The notes under the pieces are model-generated. The model did no database searches. It had not been told where the DNA came from and saw only the letters and a list, made by a program, of their open reading frames with translations. DNA of 64,000 nt from Rhodobacteraceae bacterium bin131. Its GTDB lineage: Bacteria; Pseudomonadota; Alphaproteobacteria; Rhodobacterales; Rhodobacteraceae. The stretch spans positions 49,169-113,168 of the forward strand of contig MPNP01000001.1 in the NCBI GenBank assembly GCA_002239085.1. Direction: 5' to 3'. Positions within the stretch are counted from its first letter, which is position 1. Each line of letters opens with the position of its first letter. This document shows positions 59,091 through 64,000 of this stretch, piece by piece. Made by a program: the position numbers and the translations under genes.

Positions 59091-60226
59091 TATCACGTGG
59101 TCATCAGAAAATTGTTTCAAAAATTGTTACCGTCAATTTGGCGAATGATAGTTATGATATTCATATTGGTTATGGATTGCTTCAAAACCTTGATCACTAT
59201 TTATCAGATCTACTCCATCAACGTGTAACAATAATCACCGAAAGTAATGTTGCTGAACTTCATTTAACTCGATTAACAGAACCACTTGATCAAGTAGGTA
59301 TAAAGTGGGAAGTAATTATTCTTGAGCCTGGCGAGAAATCAAAATCGTTGACCGTTGTCCATGAAGTTGTTGAAAAGCTCTTAAGTCTTCAAATTGAAAG
59401 AAAGGACCTCTTGATTGCCTTCGGGGGAGGCGTGATAGGTGATTTGGCTGGTTTTGTTGCATCCATTGTGTTGCGTGGGATCGAATACGTTCAAATACCA
59501 ACAACTTTATTAGCTCAGGTTGATAGTGCGATTGGTGGAAAGACAGGCATTAATTCCAAACAAGGGAAGAATTTAATTGGTTCTTTCAAGCAACCAAAAT
59601 TAGTGCTGAATGACCTTGAATTGATCACTACCTTGCCTGCTCGACAGTATTGGGCCGGCTATGGGGAGGTGCTTAAATATGGACTAATTTGTGATCGGGA
59701 TTTCTTTGATTGGCTTGAGACCAATAGCAATCAAATTAAGGAGATGGAAATCGAAGCAATAATGAAAATGGTTCAAAAATCCTGTCAGATCAAATCCACC
59801 ATTGTTGAAGAGGACGAAAAGGAGCTTGGTAACCAACGAACCCTACTCAATTTAGGACATACCTTTGGTCATGCCTTTGAAACCCTAACAGATTATACAA
59901 ATTGCCTGTTGCACGGGGAGGCCGTTACAATTGGATGTAATCTGGCATTTCAGCTTTCAGCTGAAAGTAAATTCTGCCCTAAAGAAGATGTTGAGAGATT
60001 AACCGACCATATGAGGTCGTTTCAACTTGTACACTCGCCCAACCAAATAAAATATAATCACCCGACTGCCCAGATGTTAATGAAGGCAATGAAAAAGGAT
60101 AAAAAAGTCATGAATGGTGTTCTCAGATTTGTCTTGGTCCGAGGTATTGGTGAGGCGTTTGTAGCTGAAAATGTCAATTTAGGACTTGTTGAAAAAATAT
60201 TGCAATCAAACCTTCCCCACCAATGA
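59087..60226 (+). CDS. aroB: 3-dehydroquinate synthase
   Basis: 379 aa. Contains GGGVIGDLAGFVAS, DSAIGGKTGIN, and LNLGHTFGHAFE...LHGEAV metal ligands. Confidence 0.9.
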   Translation: MISRGHQKIVSKIVTVNLANDSYDIHIGYGLLQNLDHYLSDLLHQRVTIITESNVAELHLTRLTEPLDQVGIKWEVIILEPGEKSKSLTVVHEVVEKLLSLQIERKDLLIAFGGGVIGDLAGFVASIVLRGIEYVQIPTTLLAQVDSAIGGKTGINSKQGKNLIGSFKQPKLVLNDLELITTLPARQYWAGYGEVLKYGLICDRDFFDWLETNSNQIKEMEIEAIMKMVQKSCQIKSTIVEEDEKELGNQRTLLNLGHTFGHAFETLTDYTNCLLHGEAVTIGCNLAFQLSAESKFCPKEDVERLTDHMRSFQLVHSPNQIKYNHPTAQMLMKAMKKDKKVMNGVLRFVLVRGIGEAFVAENVNLGLVEKILQSNLPHQ

Positions 60227-60252
60227 GATGAATCTCTGGGAATACGCTTTAT

Positions 60253-61242
60253 TTATGATTTAGGGCTACACGAGGCTTGGCCGAGGACGCAGAATTGTGC
60301 ACAATAAGGGTGATTAAGATATACGGGACTCTCGGCTTCTTCTAAAGTTTCGCCCAATTCAAACTCTGGTTCATAAGGAAGAAGAGTGCATGAGACCACG
60401 GTCGGTTTAGGTGCAAACTTTCGCTTAACCACCATACGTGATGAGGCACACATCATTTGATTGGGGCTTTTATCAAGGATTTTCCAGCAGCCAACGGAAA
60501 TCTCGGGAATTTCCATATCCAAATCCATTTCGGGAAACAATACAAGCGATGAATGGTCATGAGGATCAATATTGTACAAGCGTTCATGGAACAAAGCACC
60601 AAAACCCCGACGCACTTCATTTTCATCTTCGGCCCAGTGCATTCGGCCTGCAACAGCGATATTAAAGCGGTGTTGACTCAGCCAATCCAAACCCATTAGA
60701 GTTCTTTCAAAGGCACCATCACCGCGTATCTCATCATGCTTTTCACCTTGATAGTGATCAAGAGATACTCTGACTACCAACTGATGCTGATAAGTATTAA
60801 TTATTTCAATTAGGCCTTTACGAATGTGCGGGCGCATCATTGGACGCATGGCATTGGTCAGAATAAGTAAGTCATACCCCTCACTGAGAATCGATCTCAT
60901 GATCCCAAGAATGTCTGGATTCATGAATGGCTCCCCTCCGGTTAAACCAATTTCTGATATTGGCCAGTTTCTTTCTTTGATTTGTTCCAGAAAGTTTTTA
61001 ACCTCGGCAGTCGTCATATAGACCAAACTATCGTTAGTCGGTGAGCTCTTAATGTAGCAATTGTGGCACTCAATGTTACACAGGGTTCCAGTATTGAACC
61101 ATAAAATTTGCGGTTTGTTGAGAGCAACAGAAGCTCTTTCAGAACCGTCTGCGGTGACCCTTGAATGGCAAAAACGGCCGTTATAACGACCATGAACTGT
61201 CAAATCAATTGCTTCGGTTGAGGAAGTATTGGTGGATTTCAT
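60253..61242 (-). CDS. Radical SAM protein, subfamily unresolved
   Basis: 329 aa. CX3CX2C motif (CNIECHNCY), GGEP SAM-binding motif (LTGGEPFMN), and a Cys-rich C-terminus (HPYCAQFCVLGQASCS) suggesting an auxiliary cluster. Confidence 0.8.
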   Translation of the reverse strand: MKSTNTSSTEAIDLTVHGRYNGRFCHSRVTADGSERASVALNKPQILWFNTGTLCNIECHNCYIKSSPTNDSLVYMTTAEVKNFLEQIKERNWPISEIGLTGGEPFMNPDILGIMRSILSEGYDLLILTNAMRPMMRPHIRKGLIEIINTYQHQLVVRVSLDHYQGEKHDEIRGDGAFERTLMGLDWLSQHRFNIAVAGRMHWAEDENEVRRGFGALFHERLYNIDPHDHSSLVLFPEMDLDMEIPEISVGCWKILDKSPNQMMCASSRMVVKRKFAPKPTVVSCTLLPYEPEFELGETLEEAESPVYLNHPYCAQFCVLGQASCSPKS

Positions 61243-61436
61243 AAATTCTTAATAATGTAGTTAATTCGGTTGGTTACTTTTTGCTTCAGCCTAAACCCTG
61301 TGAAAAGAACGAATTAAGTTCAAAGTAATACTGAAAAAATTCTTTTGTAGATATATGTGAATGAGGCTACCAATAATAATTTCAGCCTTATGAAATAATT
61401 CATTTTCCTGTGATTTCATAAATTTAAGTTCATCTC

Positions 61437-62891
61437 ATGTTTCAAATTATTCCTGTTGATCCCTTTAACCTCATTCTTTTTGGTGGCACTGGGGATTTGG
61501 CCAAAAAAGAGATTTTCCCGTCTTTATTCAACCGCTACCTAGTTGGCCAGATGACATCACAGTCAAATATCGTTGGTGTTGCTCGCAGTCCACTTTCCCA
61601 AAATGAATTTATAACTATCGTATTGGAGTCGATTCGTAATCGTCATGCAGGTCAAGAAATTGACGAAAGCAAACTGACTAGTTTTTTGAGCCTAGTCAAA
61701 TATGTGCAACTTGATGCAACCCAAGATACAAATTGGATGAATCTTTATAACCAACTCAATCAGGATTGGCTCAGTGTCTTCTATCTTTCAGTTGGACCAA
61801 ATGTATTTACCGCACTGACCCGGGGTTTGGCCAAGCATGGTTTTGTCAATAATCGGTCACGAATTGTCGTTGAAAAGCCATTTGGTCATAATTTAGATTC
61901 GGCGCGCCAGCTCAATCAACTCCTTGGTGAGGTATTTGAAGAAAGCCAAATTTATAGAATTGACCATTACTTAGGCAAAGAAACAGTTCAGAATCTTATG
62001 GCGCTGCGTTTTGCAAACATTCTTTTTGAACCCTTGTGGAACTGTCAATACATTGACCATGTACAAATCACTGTTGCCGAGAGTATAGGAGTTGCCGGAA
62101 GAGGGGGATATTATGATTCTTCTGGAGCCATGCGGGATATGGTACAAAACCACTTAATGCAGCTTTTATGTTTAGTAGCAATGGAGCCTCCTTCAAAATT
62201 TTCTCCTGATGCAGTTCGTGATGAAAAACTGAAAGTTATTCGTTCGCTAGAAGTACCAAAAGGTGGCAACGTAGTGCGCGGTCAATATGGTGCAAATGGA
62301 AAAATAAAAAGCTTTTTGGATGACATTGAAAACTCCCAGAGTTTAACGGAGAGTTATGTGGCAATGAAGTGTTCTTTAGCCAATTGGAGATGGGCCGGAG
62401 TTCCCTTTTATATTCGTACAGGGAAGAGATTGACAAATCGGGTAACCGAAATTGTTGTCGTCTTTAAAGACCTTCCGCATCTAATATTTGATTCATCCGA
62501 AACACTTAAGAGTAATGCACTCGTTATTAGGGTTCAACCAAAAGAAGGTATCATTATGCGAGTTACAATTAAGGAACCGGGTCCAGGGGGAATGCGGTTA
62601 GTTCAAGTTCCATTAGATATGAGTTTTGATAAATCACTTTCCTCAGGCGAGTTTGGACAACTCATTAATGCTTATGAAAGACTGATCATGGATGTTATCC
62701 GTGGTGACCAAACGTTGTTTATGAGAGGTGATGAAGTTGAAGCCGCTTGGGATTGGACTGACAAAGTTATTCAAAACTGGGAGGGGAATGAAAACAGACC
62801 AATTTTATATAAACCAGCAACAAGCGGGCCGACCGAAGCACATCACTTGATTCATGCCGACAACCGTAATTGGATGAAAATCTCAAAATGA
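61437..62891 (+). CDS. zwf: Glucose-6-phosphate 1-dehydrogenase
   Basis: 484 aa. Contains FGGTGDLAKKE and the signature RIDHYLGKE. Confidence 0.95.
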   Translation: MFQIIPVDPFNLILFGGTGDLAKKEIFPSLFNRYLVGQMTSQSNIVGVARSPLSQNEFITIVLESIRNRHAGQEIDESKLTSFLSLVKYVQLDATQDTNWMNLYNQLNQDWLSVFYLSVGPNVFTALTRGLAKHGFVNNRSRIVVEKPFGHNLDSARQLNQLLGEVFEESQIYRIDHYLGKETVQNLMALRFANILFEPLWNCQYIDHVQITVAESIGVAGRGGYYDSSGAMRDMVQNHLMQLLCLVAMEPPSKFSPDAVRDEKLKVIRSLEVPKGGNVVRGQYGANGKIKSFLDDIENSQSLTESYVAMKCSLANWRWAGVPFYIRTGKRLTNRVTEIVVVFKDLPHLIFDSSETLKSNALVIRVQPKEGIIMRVTIKEPGPGGMRLVQVPLDMSFDKSLSSGEFGQLINAYERLIMDVIRGDQTLFMRGDEVEAAWDWTDKVIQNWEGNENRPILYKPATSGPTEAHHLIHADNRNWMKISK

Positions 62892-63550
62892 ATCTCATCA
62901 CCTACAAAAATACATCCTATTGGGGTCAATCTGTTGCCATTCTGATTCATTCCCAACTTGAATATTTGATTTCCAAGAAGGGTAAAGCAAGTCTGGTGGT
63001 TCCAGGTGGTACAACACCAGATCCTGTCTTTAATGCCTTATCCAATATGGAATTAGACTGGTCAAAGGTGATAATAATCCCCTCGGATGAACGTTGTGTA
63101 CCCCTTGATTCTAAGCGATCAAATGAGAGAATGATACGCAATTCACTCCTCAAAAATAAAGCTGAAGGGGCACGTTTAATTTCGTTGTTTCAAGACCAGA
63201 GCAGTGGTGAAGAAACCAACAAACAAATTAGGTTATTACTACCATTGTCGATTTGTTTACTAGGAATGGGTGAGGATCTTCATGTTGCCTCTTTGTTCCC
63301 TGATTCTGATGAATTAAGTGATGCAATCGCCAAGGACGCTCCAGAGACTGTTTGTGTTTCTGTTCCAAGTCAGCCAGAGCAAAGAATTACCCTTTCGCTC
63401 AATGTACTTAATTCGGCCCAACATACTCACCTCTTGTTCAAAGGGGAAACAAAATTAAAGGTGTTTATGCAAAGAGGTCATGATCACAATAATCCATTGG
63501 CCCCAGTCAGTTTTTTTACACGCCAAGCGACAGTTCATTACATTGAGTGA
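62888..63550 (+). CDS. pgl: 6-phosphogluconolactonase
   Basis: SLVVPGGTTP and IIPSDERCVP motifs. ATG 62888 overlaps the zwf stop (ATGA). The ORF is open from 62870. Confidence 0.85.
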   Translation: MNLITYKNTSYWGQSVAILIHSQLEYLISKKGKASLVVPGGTTPDPVFNALSNMELDWSKVIIIPSDERCVPLDSKRSNERMIRNSLLKNKAEGARLISLFQDQSSGEETNKQIRLLLPLSICLLGMGEDLHVASLFPDSDELSDAIAKDAPETVCVSVPSQPEQRITLSLNVLNSAQHTHLLFKGETKLKVFMQRGHDHNNPLAPVSFFTRQATVHYIE

Positions 63551-63554
63551 CACT

Positions 63555-64000
63555 ATGTTGTGGCAAGAATTAAAGAGAATTCAGAAAATTGTCGACAAGC
63601 GTCGAATAAGTTCTTTGTTCAAACAGGATTCCAAACGAATTGAAAACTTCACTATCAAAGCGGATGGGCTATATTTTGATTATTCCAAAACCAATATTGA
63701 CCAATCAATTAAAAACCTGCTTATTCAGCTGACGAGTGTTGCAAATGTTGGAGCTTACCGCGACAGCATGTTTAGTGGTGAACCGATCAACGTCACTGAG
63801 AATCGACCCGTCTTGCATTTAGCTGAAAGAGGTAGTTTGTCGGCCAATGCTTCGGCTAATGCTCAACAAACAAACGTAATCGTTTCAGAGCAACACCAGA
63901 AATGCTATGAATTCGTTGATGGGATGCTTAATGGAACCATTAAACCCCATAAAGCACCAAGGTTTACAGATGTCATCAATATTGGTATCGGAGGCTCTGA
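63555..64000 (+). CDS. pgi: Glucose-6-phosphate isomerase (5' partial, runs off the window)
   Basis: Hand translation MLWQELKRIQKIVDKRRISSLFKQDSKRIENFTIKADGLYFDYSKTNID...NVTENRPVLHLA... matches PGI N-termini. Order is zwf-pgl-pgi. Confidence 0.85.
   Translation, partial: MLWQELKRIQKIVDKRRISSLFKQDSKRIENFTIKADGLYFDYSKTNIDQSIKNLLIQLTSVANVGAYRDSMFSGEPINVTENRPVLHLAERGSLSANASANAQQTNVIVSEQHQKCYEFVDGMLNGTIKPHKAPRFTDVINIGIGGS

Overview
This 64-kb window looks like the chromosome of a moderately AT-rich alphaproteobacterium. The evidence is a PDH E1-beta with an N-terminal lipoyl domain, tkt-gap-pgk, zapA followed by a 6S-like RNA, trpGDC-moaC-moeA, and xerD/aroK-aroB synteny. Most of it is densely packed housekeeping: pdhABC, znuACB, ftsB, pgk/gap/tkt, grxD-bolA, glnE, gltA, gltX, trpE/GDC, moaC/moeA, ppiD-like, tRNA-Ser(CGA), pstSCA, rplU-rpmA-obg-proBA, a mepK-like/ldtD-like pair, lpxD-ACP-KAS, corC, xerD, aroKB and zwf-pgl-pgi. 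The one clearly accessory segment is an AT-rich island of about 8.4 kb (22145-30578) between gltX and moeA. It holds a tightly coupled five-gene plus-strand operon: a PAPS-reductase-like PP-loop ATPase, a class-V cysteine desulfurase, a GHKL (Bergerat-fold) ATPase, and two proteins with no motif I can recognise. A divergent DUF262/DUF1524 (GmrSD/SspE-type) nuclease sits beside it. I read this as a DNA sulfur-modification (phosphorothioation-type) modification/restriction system. Its gene order and content do not match canonical dndABCDE or sspABCD-sspE, so it is the best candidate for a new or variant system. Secondary observations:
- A ZnuA whose His/Asp loop has expanded into about 190 aa of near-perfect 81-bp and 54-bp tandem repeats.
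- A perfect 20-bp palindrome in the znu divergent promoter.
- A 6S-RNA-like rod structure after zapA.
- Pho-box-like 11-bp phased repeats and a post-pstS hairpin.
- A pst operon with no pstB/phoU.
- An L21 with an acidic N-terminal extension.
- An LpxD-ACP-KAS trio.
All calls rest on reading the sequence and translations by eye. No searches were run.
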